From Azolla caroliniana (Eukaryota; Plantae; Polypodiophyta): a stretch of DNA of 12,644 nucleotides. The translations under genes and the position numbers were made by a program. Within the stretch, counting starts at the first letter, position 1, and each line of letters opens with the position of its first letter. The stretch covers positions 1-12,644 of the forward strand of contig JBHGNT010001047.1 of assembly GCA_043228905.1 (NCBI GenBank), in the 5' to 3' direction. The notes beneath the pieces were generated by a model, which saw only the letters and a list, made by a program, of their open reading frames with translations, ran no database searches and was not told the DNA's origin. Positions 1 to 9,974 of the stretch are shown one piece after another.

Positions 1-89
1 AACCAAAATCTTTGAGGGAACGGCCACAGAGAATTGAGGGAGTGAGTATTGCTTCATTGACTTGGAGTGAGGGGTCTTTTTATTAGATT

Positions 90-1420
90 TCTGTGTACTT
101 GATCTTTGTTAAAGAAAATGATGAGAAGTTCAAATCTAATTTATCCCAATTCGATAAAGATATGTTCGAATTTCTTAATCTATACGAGAAGCGTTTTTCA
201 GAGTCGTTGCGTAGTGAATTGCCACTAGAACATCTTGAAGGGTATATTATTCATTGCATATCTGATAGGACTCCTTTGATATGGCACCATATAGGGTTAC
301 ACAGCTTAACCAGAGTAGATAATAAGTAAGGGAAAGTATTTGTGAGAAATGGGATTGCTTCAACCAAGCTCATCAGGCTTTTGTTCTAAGGTGCGATTTG
401 TGCAAAAGAAGGATAGTTCATGGAGTATCTATATAAACTACATAACATTAACTAAAATAACCATGAAGAAACTGTTTGTCCTATTCCAAGAATCAGCAGT
501 ATCTTGGTTAGAGTTCAAGATGCAGTAATTTTCAGCAATATTGATCTCAAGGAATATCATTAAGTCTTTGCATTTCCAAGGAATATCATAATGTACATAG
601 GCATTTTGGATTGTGCTCCTATTAAGCCAGAAGATATTTTGCTGAAGTGGCATTACATTAGCATGCTTAACTAAGAAAGGAGTAGCATTTACCTGGGTTC
701 TTAAGGAAAATGCAGCTTCTGAGCAAATGAAACATCAAGCTAATTGTCTGATTTATATAAGCCATTTTCGCCCAATATGATGCATGTGGTAACAATATAA
801 GTGCAGTATTAATGCAAGACAGATATTTTATTGCCTATGCAAAAGCACTTTTGGCTGATATACATTCTCTTTCCACTTGGAAGCACTACTTGCTCATTGT
901 CAAACTGATTGTCAGTCCTTCAGATACTTTCTCACTGAAATAAGTTCACCTTCAAAACATCTGTATGGGCATGTTTCATTCTCAAATTGTTTATGTTGAA
1001 GGCAAGAAAAATATATTGATTAATGTTTTATCTAGAAAACCACAAATTTCAGCAGCTACTATAGCGTACCATTATGAGCTAGATATCATGAGAGCTCAAT
1101 ATGCCATTTGTGAGACTTCAGCTCAGCCACTTTTTCACACTTGTCCACCTGAATATTGAATACCATCCCAGCTAGGTTCCTAAGATAGGTTCTTTCTACG
1201 ACATAGACGTAACAGAGAGCAACCTTTCATTGATTAACTGGGATAGAATGGCCTCTGGAAACAAGAACTGGTTACATGACCATTCCTTTTCACAACAAAC
1301 AATGGAGGAGTGTCTAGTTGTTTCATTATGACACAAGCCATAGCCATTTGGCCATTCGTTCTCCCACATCAAAAGAATTGAGGGAGTGACATGGTCAATC
1401 CTCTCCAAAATGAAAAACTT
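90..1420 (+). mobile_element. Degenerate Ty3/gypsy LTR-retrotransposon pol remnant (protease-RT linker, RT N-terminus, RNase H, start of integrase) with frameshifts, stops and internal deletions
   Basis: Translated fragments in gypsy order: FSESLRSELPLEH (cf. ELPPER) and PYRV; MGLLQPSSSGFCSKVRFVQKKDSSWSIYINY..LTKIT (349-465); PIPRISSILVRVQDAVIFSNIDLK (480-551); LTKKGVAFTW; DLYKPF..YDACGNNISAVLMQD...IAY; HSLSTWKHYLL; QTDCQSFRYFLT; IVYVEGKKNILINVLSRKP (cf. GKxNxVADALSR). Weaker integrase-like HTCPPEY, NKQWRSV and LSKMKNF follow. Confidence 0.9.
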
Positions 1421-2400
1421 TTAGGGAATGGACACATGGCTAATATTCCATTGTCAGCTAGGAAGCAAGGAATGACCACATGACTTTTCCACATTAAAGG
1501 GCCGAGGTGCATCGAAAGTGCTCAAACAATAAAAACTGCACTCAAAGAATGAGCCGATGTGTAGTAGATGAAGAAATGATTGAAGAAGTCAAAAAATTCC
1601 AAGAGTAACCCATTCAGGAATTTCTAGATATATAAGAAATTTCCATGACCATCATGGAAAAGATCACAGCCATTGCATGAAAGTTTACAAGAACTAGTAT
1701 TTGGTATTTTCTTTATATAATTCAGTTTGTAGGGGATGTTACCTAGATTTAAACTTATTTGTAACATTGGTCTAAATGCAATTTGATATGGATGTTAAGG
1801 AAGGATTTAATGTAATATTTTGTAAAATTACTGCCTTCTTTACTATATTCTAGAAGAAAAAATGTTACAATTGAATATACATACGATGTTCTCACTCTTG
1901 ATGTAAACATGCTTTATTAAGATGTACAATGGTGCAGTAAAACTGTGTAAGATGTTTTGAGTCTCTAGCAATGACCATTCTGCAACATCTAATTTGCTAA
2001 TATTGCCAAGCCATGCCCAAATGATACTGCCTTATTTTATCCTTTTTGTTGAATATGAAGGATGTGAGATTCGTTTCCTCATACATTACAACTTACAAGC
2101 TACATTGGGGGAGTTCTTACACTTGGCAGCAATCCTAGTGTCATCAGTTATAGTTATGAATCTCATGCAATTGATGTTGCTTCATATGTATGCACGCATA
2201 TAATGTTAACACCTATAGATAAAGTCACATAGAAGTTGCACATTGTAGTCATCGGAGGTAATGGAATGTGTCCTACACCATGTATTTTGTTCCACCACCA
2301 ACATTTACAATGCGCTACACAGCTCTTTGTGCTCTCTTCATACTTGTAGGTGCTAAAATATTTACATGGTGGTCATTGGGTGCAGAGGTGCGGAGAGGGC

Positions 2401-2718
2401 ATGGCATCACGGCTCAGAAATTCCGTCTTAGCTGTAGGTCTCCTTGGTTTTGCTGCTGCAGGGGTTGCATTCCCCTTCTACTGGGTGTAAGTATTTCTCC
2501 ATTCATTTAGGACATTCTCTTTACTTCTATATATCTATGACTAATATGCAGGTTTCATCGGGTGTTAAAATTACAACAGAGGTGGAAAACACAAGAAACC
2601 TGTGGTTGATACTACAAAAGCTTTGCCACCTCAAGCAGCTATGAGAGGACCCTATGTCAACACAGGCTCTCGAGATATTGGCCCAGATCCTCAACCCCAC
2701 TCAATACGGAAGCCGTAG
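2401..2718 (+). CDS. Spliced small single-pass membrane protein, 74 aa (exon 1 2401-2486, intron 2487-2579, exon 2 2580-2718): MASRLRNSVLAVGLLGFAAAGVAFPFYWVGGKHKKPVVDTTKALPPQAAMRGPYVNTGSRDIGPDPQPHSIRKP; uncharacterised conserved plant family
   Basis: ATG at 2401 (GGCATGG). Consensus donor GTAAGT at 2487, branch-like CTAAT at 2541-2545, acceptor CAG at 2577-2579. The phase-2 join (GT+A = Val) gives 225 nt = 74 codons + TAG. The sequence resembles small plant proteins I recall with the pattern GL..FA.AG.AFPFY...K.PV.D..K.LPPQA..RGPY.NTGSRD.GPD (recalled, not searched). Confidence 0.88.
2487..2579 (+). other. 93-nt GT-AG spliceosomal intron of the small membrane protein gene
   Basis: GTAAGT donor, AT-rich body, CTAAT branch site about 35 nt from the 3' end, terminal CAG. 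It is the only nearby acceptor that restores the reading frame. Confidence 0.82.
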
Positions 2719-3348
2719 TTGTAATTCCCTATGTTGCTGCTGCTAAACCACAAGTAATTTTGCTATGTTAGAAGGATATCTAGATCCATCGAGATATAAC
2801 ATATCCAGGGAGTATTTCTTTCCACAATGTCCAGGGAGTTACAGTGATTTGGTATGCCCTGCCTTCTGTGATTGATACTTTCATACATCAGCATGCTGGA
2901 GTACACCTTACCTCTACTATGATTTGCACCATATGATGGGGTATCACTTTGAGAATAATGTAATATGCTGACATTTGATGTGAATAGAAATCTCACCCTT
3001 CATGTTCACATTGGTTCCTTCAATGATTGTTTGTGGTTTCACAAGTTATACTCATAATGCTTGTAAAACAATAACAATGAAATATCATGACTTAAATTTT
3101 GAAAGTTTGGGAAAAAGTCCTGGATGTTATTTCCCAGAGAAGCATGGTGTTAGCACATCCTTGCGATTGGCTCATCAAGTATTGATACGAATAATTTCTC
3201 GACTGTTTTGGTTCCCAGGTATTATTGGCATTTCATATTTCAAGGACCACAATTACTTACTATAGTTGATGGTCTCCGTATTTCCATAGATGGGGGGATT
3301 GGGTTCCTTTTGTTTGTGTCATGCTTTCCATGAAGGCTGATGCTTTTA

Positions 3349-3554
3349 TGATTCCTCTATTGTCATGTGACTCATATCCCTTGATAATTGCTCAAGAATG
3401 ATTGAAACATGCAACATATCCTTTGAGTATTGCTTGATGATAATTGAAACTGATTCCTCTATTGTCATGTGACTCATATCCCTTGACAATTGCTCAAGAA
3501 TGATCGAAACATGCAACATATCCTTTGAGCATTGCTTGATGACAATTGAAACTG
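3349..3554. repeat. Tandem duplication, 2 x 102 bp, with internal ~40-bp sub-repeats
   Basis: Copies at 3349-3450 and 3451-3552 differ at 4 positions. Each copy contains two related CATATCC.TTGA..ATTGCT...A..ATTGAAAC subunits. Confidence 0.97.
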
Positions 3555-4599
3555 GACACATTTCCCTGTAGCATTGACTGACGACGAGTAAAAAAACTCA
3601 GACGCCTTGAACAATGCCTGAGAATTCATATTTATGTTTGTATGCCATTAATTTCACTTAGTTATAGACATTTGAGGAAATCTTTCTTGATTGAGCTGTA
3701 GTTTACAAAGAACTCTCATTTACACAACATTTACTACCATGTTTTGGTTGGTGTATGGTAATGATGTGAATCAGCAATACAAGTTTATGCATCTCAGTTG
3801 AAAGAGATCTCATGTGGTATTATGCACATGCTTACGTTTCATTTTCATGACCAATTTGTTCATGCTATGCAAACCCTTGGTGCATTTCATAATTGCCAAA
3901 ATTTGCAACCTAATTACTACAAATTTTAGTTGTACCTCTTCTAATTCATGTGTTAATTCTAAATTTCAGTTGTTTATAAATGTTTTCATTACAAAAATTA
4001 TGGATTTTGAGAATCTATTTACATAGCTTATGTCTTTCTTTTAATTGTTATAGGTTTCAAAAATCCAACATTTTTTTGAAACTTACATATGTTGACCATT
4101 GCAACTTCGGAAGAAACTTCTACCAAAGCACTCTATAAATTCCATGCAGAAACTCCAAATTTTCTATAAGCTGTGGCATTTGTGAACAAACATTTGAGGA
4201 TTTGGTCCACAAGAACATTGAATTTGGATCCAAAAGCTTTGGTACAATCCATGATTGTGATTCTATTCTTTGTGAAATAACAACACCCCTAGCAAGTTAT
4301 GGTGGACTTGGCACAATAAATCATGTTGAGTGCCTCTCACTTTGTGGTATTGTAATTTGGCTGGACTTTTGATTGTATCTTCATAATGTAGTACTATTGT
4401 GTAATTCCAAACACCTTATGAGGTTAACATCTCTCATTGTGGATTGAGTAAATTTGCCTCGGTATAAACAAAAACAAATACAACATTCGGTCGAGTTCCC
4501 ATCTAATTCAACACTTTACATTCTCATCATAATTCTTAAGCAAATTTTGTATATTTTTCAAAAATTTGGTTGAAACATTGGCATTGAAGAAGAGGGAAA

Positions 4600-6450
4600 A
4601 GTTAGGATATGATGGGATTAATGCTTAATAAAGTTAATATGGAGTATATGAGGAATTTAGGTTTATATTTTCTAGAAAGGGATATCAACTATGTTATGTG
4701 GGCAATTCCTCTCACACATACACATAACACACATCTCTTCCGCTACACAAGAATCATACCCGATTGTTTACAATACTTTTCAATAATCACAATTTACGTC
4801 AACATCACGTCGAATGCACGTAACACATAATGATGAGTTCTTTCCAAGGATAATGGATATCACAACTTCTAATGGTCAAGTTAGCTCTTATCATTTTCCA
4901 CATGTTTTGGAGTTTAATATACAACTTATGAATCAATTTACTCAGACTTGAGTGAAGCCCACATCAAGGTTCAATTCATCTTTTCTTCATCGTGAGTTTT
5001 TTCATAGATCTATGATGCAACTACTAGTTGAATTCTCAAACCATATCTAAATTGATGGTAGAGATGCATAGGAGATGTTAGCAATGTGCAAGAAGTGTCT
5101 TGATAGAAGTAATGCATTGCTAGCTTATTCGCCAAGGGACAATGTATTACCGAAATTTCAAATTGTGTTACCCTCCTAGTTTCCTTATTTTCAAATGCGA
5201 AATTATTAGCATGCACGTGTGTATGAAATGAAGCAAGAAATGGGTGGTAAAATTTGTGAAAACACATTACTTTTTCCATGCCCTCCATTAATCATACTCT
5301 CGATATAATGTGGCAAGAATAGAGAGGAATGGAATTATGCATGTGGAACATTGTTGCAACAAAATGCAAGGAATATTGTACACAACTATTAATTCAGATC
5401 GGAATTGAATAACTATGCAAAATATTACTTGGATTTTAGATATTGCTTCTAATGCCTTTATGCTAGGAGTGAGAAATCTTGTATAGCAAGAGATTACAAA
5501 GAGTTTTAACACATATTTTACAAAGGGTGAGGTAGATCAATATAATCACATTTCTTAGACAATAAAAGTTCTAGTTGGGATGGATTGGCAAATGAGTTCT
5601 TTAAGATGTATGTGCTTGAGTTTTTATTATTTACAAATGTAACAGAATGCATTTCACCAATGTTACCATGGTCAAGAAGGGGAAGCAAAAGGTTAACCTC
5701 AATGTAATTGATGTCATGGAGAAAGAGCAAACAAATGGGCCATGGTTGACACATTTCGAATATTTTCACAAATTTTTGTGCAGTTGATAATAGATGGAAC
5801 ATTCCATCCAATTCACTTGGTCAATAAATATAGTTGTTATAGGCTTGTCAAACTTTGTACAAACCATTGATAGTTTTAGTGACATGTACCTAAACCTATA
5901 GTCACACACATTCCAACTTTATTTGTCTTCACCCATAGATTTATTTTCTCATTCCTTCAATCAAATTATGATGAAAAACATACTGACTCATATGCGAATA
6001 TTATTTAAGTACCCAAGGAAAAAACATTATAGACTTACCTACACTGTTTGACAAAGGATCACGATGCTTGAAACTATGTATGTGTTCCTACTCACATTAG
6101 GGCTAACTTCCAAATCACATTCAAATGGGATACAAATCACCAACCCTTTCAAATTGGATGTATAGATACAAAGGGTTGGTTAGCTTGCCATGAAGGGAAA
6201 CTCTTTGTCCACATGTACGTTTTTGGGGAACTAGGTAACAAGAGAGAAATGCTCAGAAGAACCTCACCATGCTTATCGACTTTTGACATATATGCTTAGT
6301 GCCCCTCTTACTTAACTAATAGAGTATTAGTCATATGTGATGCTTGACAACTATCTTAATGATATTTATAAAGATTTTACACTTGTAAAGTATAAGATTT
6401 GAGATAAAAAGGAAATACAAGATTTGCAATTTTTCTCTATGGGATGCATA
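4600..6450 (+). mobile_element. Highly degraded L1-like LINE ORF2 remnant (APE endonuclease end, linker, RT start, C-terminal region)
   Basis: Collinear fragments: FLERDINYV (GDFN-like, about 4670-4695), SYHFPHVLEF (SDH.P-like, about 4885-4915), RFNSSFL (about 4968-4988), KTHYFFHAL...ARIERNG (5256-5335), FTKGEVDQ...DNKSSSWDGLANEFFKMY (cf. KSPGxDG..NEFFK, 5515-5612), and a possible IW..RN-like end near 6395-6415. Boundaries are approximate. Confidence 0.65.
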
Positions 6451-8039
6451 AGAATATTTTCCACTTACTTTCTTTGAGCCCATAAGGGCTTTATTTGGTT
6501 GCTTGCTAGCTGTTATATGTTCTCGACTCTCAAGCATATCATGCAAGAAAGTGGAAGAAAAAAGAGTATGATGTATTTGCTAAATAACGTGAATAAGAAA
6601 GTACAATATCTTTTTTGGTCAGTAATTGAAATGTAATCAAATCTATAATGTCAAAAAAGATAATCAATTCTCACTATCCACACGTTGAAACATATGTACT
6701 TTGTGTTTCATATTTGAACGTAGAATTACATGTGCCCTAGCAGAAGATGATATTGTATGGCATCAATCATTGTACGGCATACAGATTAAGTCTTGTTTGA
6801 CTATATGAGTCAATAGATGAGTAAAGCCTAGAGGAAAAAGGCAATGCTTGTTGTATGTAGATGCTAGAATGAAGTGGTGATTTCTACTTTGAAAATGAGT
6901 GATACAACATGGAATATGCATACGCGGGTAACATGTTAGAATGTGATTATTACAAAGTTTTAAGATGTGTAAAGAATTTGAAGAACATGAAGCACACGTG
7001 AGAAATAGCTAGAGAGTAGTTGCAACTTGCTACCTTTTGAACAACATATTGAATTTTGTGTAAAGGGCGGAGTTGCAATGCACAAATGAGAGAATCATGT
7101 GAGGATTATAGAATGCTATAGTTGCCCGGTGTACTGTGCATGCAACATGCACGCGCGGAAAAAGAATATAATTTGTAAGGTACGAAAATGGAGAAACTTG
7201 TTGGATGGAATTGTTGACTAAAAAGCATTACTAGTACATATAGCGCTTGAAGTTTTTTGTTTAAAAGTTGAATGGAGTGCATGTGCGCACACACATGTGT
7301 TCATATGTATATACTCTTTGTGTCCGTGCAATTGTTCAGAGGGATTTTGGAACAAAACGATCAAAGTTATAAAACATTCAATTGTTTTTCTTTTAATGTC
7401 AATCTTGTCATTTTCATCGAATCCTCGAGGAAACCATAACTTTGGACTTTCTATCAATCTAAGACTTCATAATATATTGCCTGTTTTTTGTCTGCCCTAC
7501 ATGTTAGAGACATGGCCCATGTGGTTAACTTCTTTTCCATAGTTTATGTAGAGTAATCTATTTATATTTATCAATGGTTTTATCCTATCGGCCGGACACA
7601 TTGTCCATGTGCTTTTGCCCAATTTGTTAGACACATTGTTGTTTTCCACTCCAATAACAATAAAGTAATAAATTGACATCTCCATTATTAGAAGAGATAT
7701 AAGATGAAATTATTATGAGTCAATTTGAATGATTATATATCAATACAAATGTTACCTTATGTATGTGGGTGAAGTGTTTTTTTATAAGAGGCGGAATTGT
7801 TGGCAATGTCTATCCATTATATTCTTCTTTTTTTCCCAAAAAACAAAACTCGTTCAATTAGTATTAAAAAATTTTAATTGTGAATGTTATATACAACTCC
7901 TAGAAGAGACTCGAGGCCCACTGACTCAAGAGAGGGAGAGGACAACCATTGTTGGATGAAGGCTAATCGTTGTCTTTCGGCTACATTGGATCCGCTATGA
8001 TGCCATCGTATTGGCTCTTTAGCATGGCTATAACTTCAC

Positions 8040-8460
8040 TCCATATCTATTAGAATAATGTCACCTAGGGCACGGGTTGATTGGAGAAGACCCACTTATA
8101 ATATTGTTTTTGGAGAGTCCATATTGTTATTGGGTTGACCAATTCTAGTACGACTTGATCTTTGGCATTGATGGGAGTTGAGTAAACATGGTTGGTGGTG
8201 GAAAGCGAGACCTCTTGTGCATTTATCACCATCGTCATTCCCTCTTCCTGATGTTTGTATGTGTCAATTGGGGCCTGCCATGATAACCAACATACATTCC
8301 CCTACTTGAATGTGCCTTACACCTAGCATAATTGCAATAGTCGACCAACCCCCCTGCCATATTCAATGAGTCTCTTGGTAGTCCCATAGATTGTGTCGGA
8401 TTGATTCTATTTCATTGGGACATGCTACACAATTAGGAGAGCAAAGGATCCCACAATGCC
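8040..8460 (-). mobile_element. Possible LINE apurinic-endonuclease-domain remnant
   Basis: The minus strand gives, in the expected order, ILCSPNCVACP (cf. SWNCRG), QETH (cf. LxETH), DSP, and ALGDIILI (cf. GDIIL.GDFN). The frames are broken and the motifs are degenerate. Confidence 0.4.
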
Positions 8461-8954
8461 ACACTCCAACCGGCAGTGATCTATGTATTAATAGGCATTG
8501 AAACGTGGTAATTCGCCTAGTTTATTACAGTTGTTTCCATAATTGTTGTTAAAACTTGGCAATAGTTGTAAGGGGGACATGATATGTGTGTCATATCTTT
8601 GTAACATCTTGTTCCCTATCTATTTGAGCAGCTAGGACGTGGCAATCCAATTTGGTTGTGAATTGGAAGAAGGGGATGGCTTCCTTGTCCCGCATAAGGA
8701 TCGACCCATGTCCCAATTGACCTTACTTAGCCAAGTGTTTTCATGAACAAATATATTCTAGTAAAAGAAAATATATCATTTGATATAATTTCTATGTTGC
8801 TCCAAAATTCTGAAAGTTACATGTATTGAACCGTCTAAATCGACATCCGTAATTGTTTTAATTACGACGATGATTTCCATGCGGCATTATGTTTTGCTAC
8901 ATTTCATCTCTCATGTGTATGTATGAACCATGTCCTTTAGAACTATTGGTGTCC

Positions 8955-9043
8955 TAAAGTGGATGATTCATGTGTGTGACCTAGTAGAGTGGGTGATTCA
9001 TGTGTGTGATCTAGTAAAGTGGATGATTCATGTGTGTGATCTA
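8955..9043. repeat. Minisatellite, 3 x 30 bp (TAAAGTGGATGATTCATGTGTGTGATCTAG)
   Basis: Head-to-tail copies start at 8955, 8985 and 9015, with no spacers. Confidence 0.97.
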
Positions 9044-9171
9044 AGAGAGAGGTTTCATGCATCGAGTCAAGTATTGCATGTAATCCCACTAGGTTAACAT
9101 GCATATAAACATCTCACGGTAGGCGGATGTTAGCTATTGACTAGAAACAAAATCTATATTATACATACTGT

Positions 9172-9558
9172 TGAGCCAAAAGGCGCATACGATTGATTCT
9201 CGATGTTTTATGCACACAACAAAAAGCCTCATGTCCAATAGGAACCATATTATTTGATACATGAGCGAAAACGCGCATACGATTGATTCTCGATGTTTTA
9301 TGCACACAACAAAAAGCCAACACGCTTCATGAAAACTATTTTGCACCTAAGGGTTTGTCTGATAATGTCATATACCCATTGGGTTTTAAATGACAAGCAC
9401 TAAGGGTATTATCCACAAAAATTCGTCATCCAATAGGAACCATAACTGATACATGAGCGAAAACGCGCGTACGATTGATTCTCGATGTTTTACGCACACA
9501 ACAAAAAGCCTCATCATCCAATAGCAACCATATATATCTGATACATGAGCGAAAACGC
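9172..9558. repeat. ~90-bp tandem repeat (about 3.2 copies) interrupted by a ~107-bp unique insert at 9319-9425
   Basis: Units TGAGCGAAAACGCGCATACGATTGATTCTCGATGTTTTATGCACACAACAAAAAGCC...TCCAATAGGAACCATA...TGATACA start at 9172, 9262, 9454 and 9546 (partial). Confidence 0.95.
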
Positions 9559-9710
9559 TTGAACGGTTGGAGGGTCGATAAGAAGAAAAACGATTGGTAG
9601 GATATTGAGCGCGGGGGAATGTGTGTGGGCATGCACCCCGCCCGCCCGCTCGTGAGGTCCTGCCAGAAACTAGGGAAAAAAACCGATGGAGTTTCAAGGG
9701 GGGGGGGGGG

Positions 9711-9792
9711 CACGTCAGCAACCCAACTTGCTGATGTGGAAGCCGACGTGGCAGGGGTTTGCCAGCTGAGCAGGAGCAGCTGATTCCAGCTG
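9711..9792 (+). promoter_or_regulatory. Proximal cis-element cluster: CACGTCA (bZIP ACGT box), overlapping DRE core GCCGAC (9742-9747) and ABRE ACGTGGC (9746-9752), three CAGCTG E-boxes (9763, 9777, 9787)
   Basis: Exact matches to established consensus motifs, 90-170 bp upstream of the TATA box. Function is inferred from position only. Confidence 0.5.
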
Positions 9793-9879
9793 GACCGTCA
9801 TTTATTCTGTTTAAAAAAAAAAAGCCAGTGCCTGCCTGCCCGTTTCGAGGCGGTCTGTGACGAAACGGCCCCCCGCCCC

Positions 9880-9887
9880 TTATAAAG
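9880..9887 (+). promoter_or_regulatory. TATA box of the EXORDIUM-like gene
   Basis: CCTTATAAAG after a C-rich stretch, 94 bp upstream of the ATG and followed by a pyrimidine-rich putative 5' UTR. Confidence 0.75.
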
Positions 9888-9935
9888 AAACGGCTTCATT
9901 CCTTCACTGTGTCTGCGTCTGCGACTCTGCTCTGA

Positions 9936-9960
9936 TCTGTTCTGTTCTGTTCTGTTCTGT
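9936..9960 (+). repeat. (TCTGT)5 microsatellite in the putative 5' UTR
   Basis: TCTGTTCTGTTCTGTTCTGTTCTGT read directly. Confidence 0.9.
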
Positions 9961-9974
9961 CGATCGAGTTAACC

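Noticed and set aside
2547-2552. Stronger-looking acceptor TGCAG|G at 2551
   Set aside because: It shifts exon 2 out of the conserved frame and lies only about 6 nt from the CTAAT branch-like site. At most a minor non-productive isoform.
2268-2644. Track ORFs 2268-2510 and 2444-2644
   Set aside because: Alternative frames overlapping the real spliced gene, with non-ATG starts and no motifs.
3346-3561. 71-aa minus-strand ORF with a 34-aa repeat, and similar ORFs at 9134-9346 and 9386-9721
   Set aside because: By-products of tandem DNA repeats, with no coding signature.
3600-4550. Possible LINE ORF1 or other TE sequence upstream of the LINE remnant
   Set aside because: No motif could be recognised with confidence; left unassigned.
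6550-7880. Possible LTR or solo-LTR (TGTTAGA starts near 6933 and 7502)
   Set aside because: No paired LTR, PBS, PPT or TSD found; left as unassigned AT-rich intergenic sequence.
8955-9043. 30-bp repeats as CRISPR repeats
   Set aside because: Directly tandem with no spacers.
9840-9868. 8-bp inverted repeat CCGTTTCG/CGAAACGG before the TATA box
   Set aside because: Short enough to arise by chance in GC-rich DNA, with no further support.
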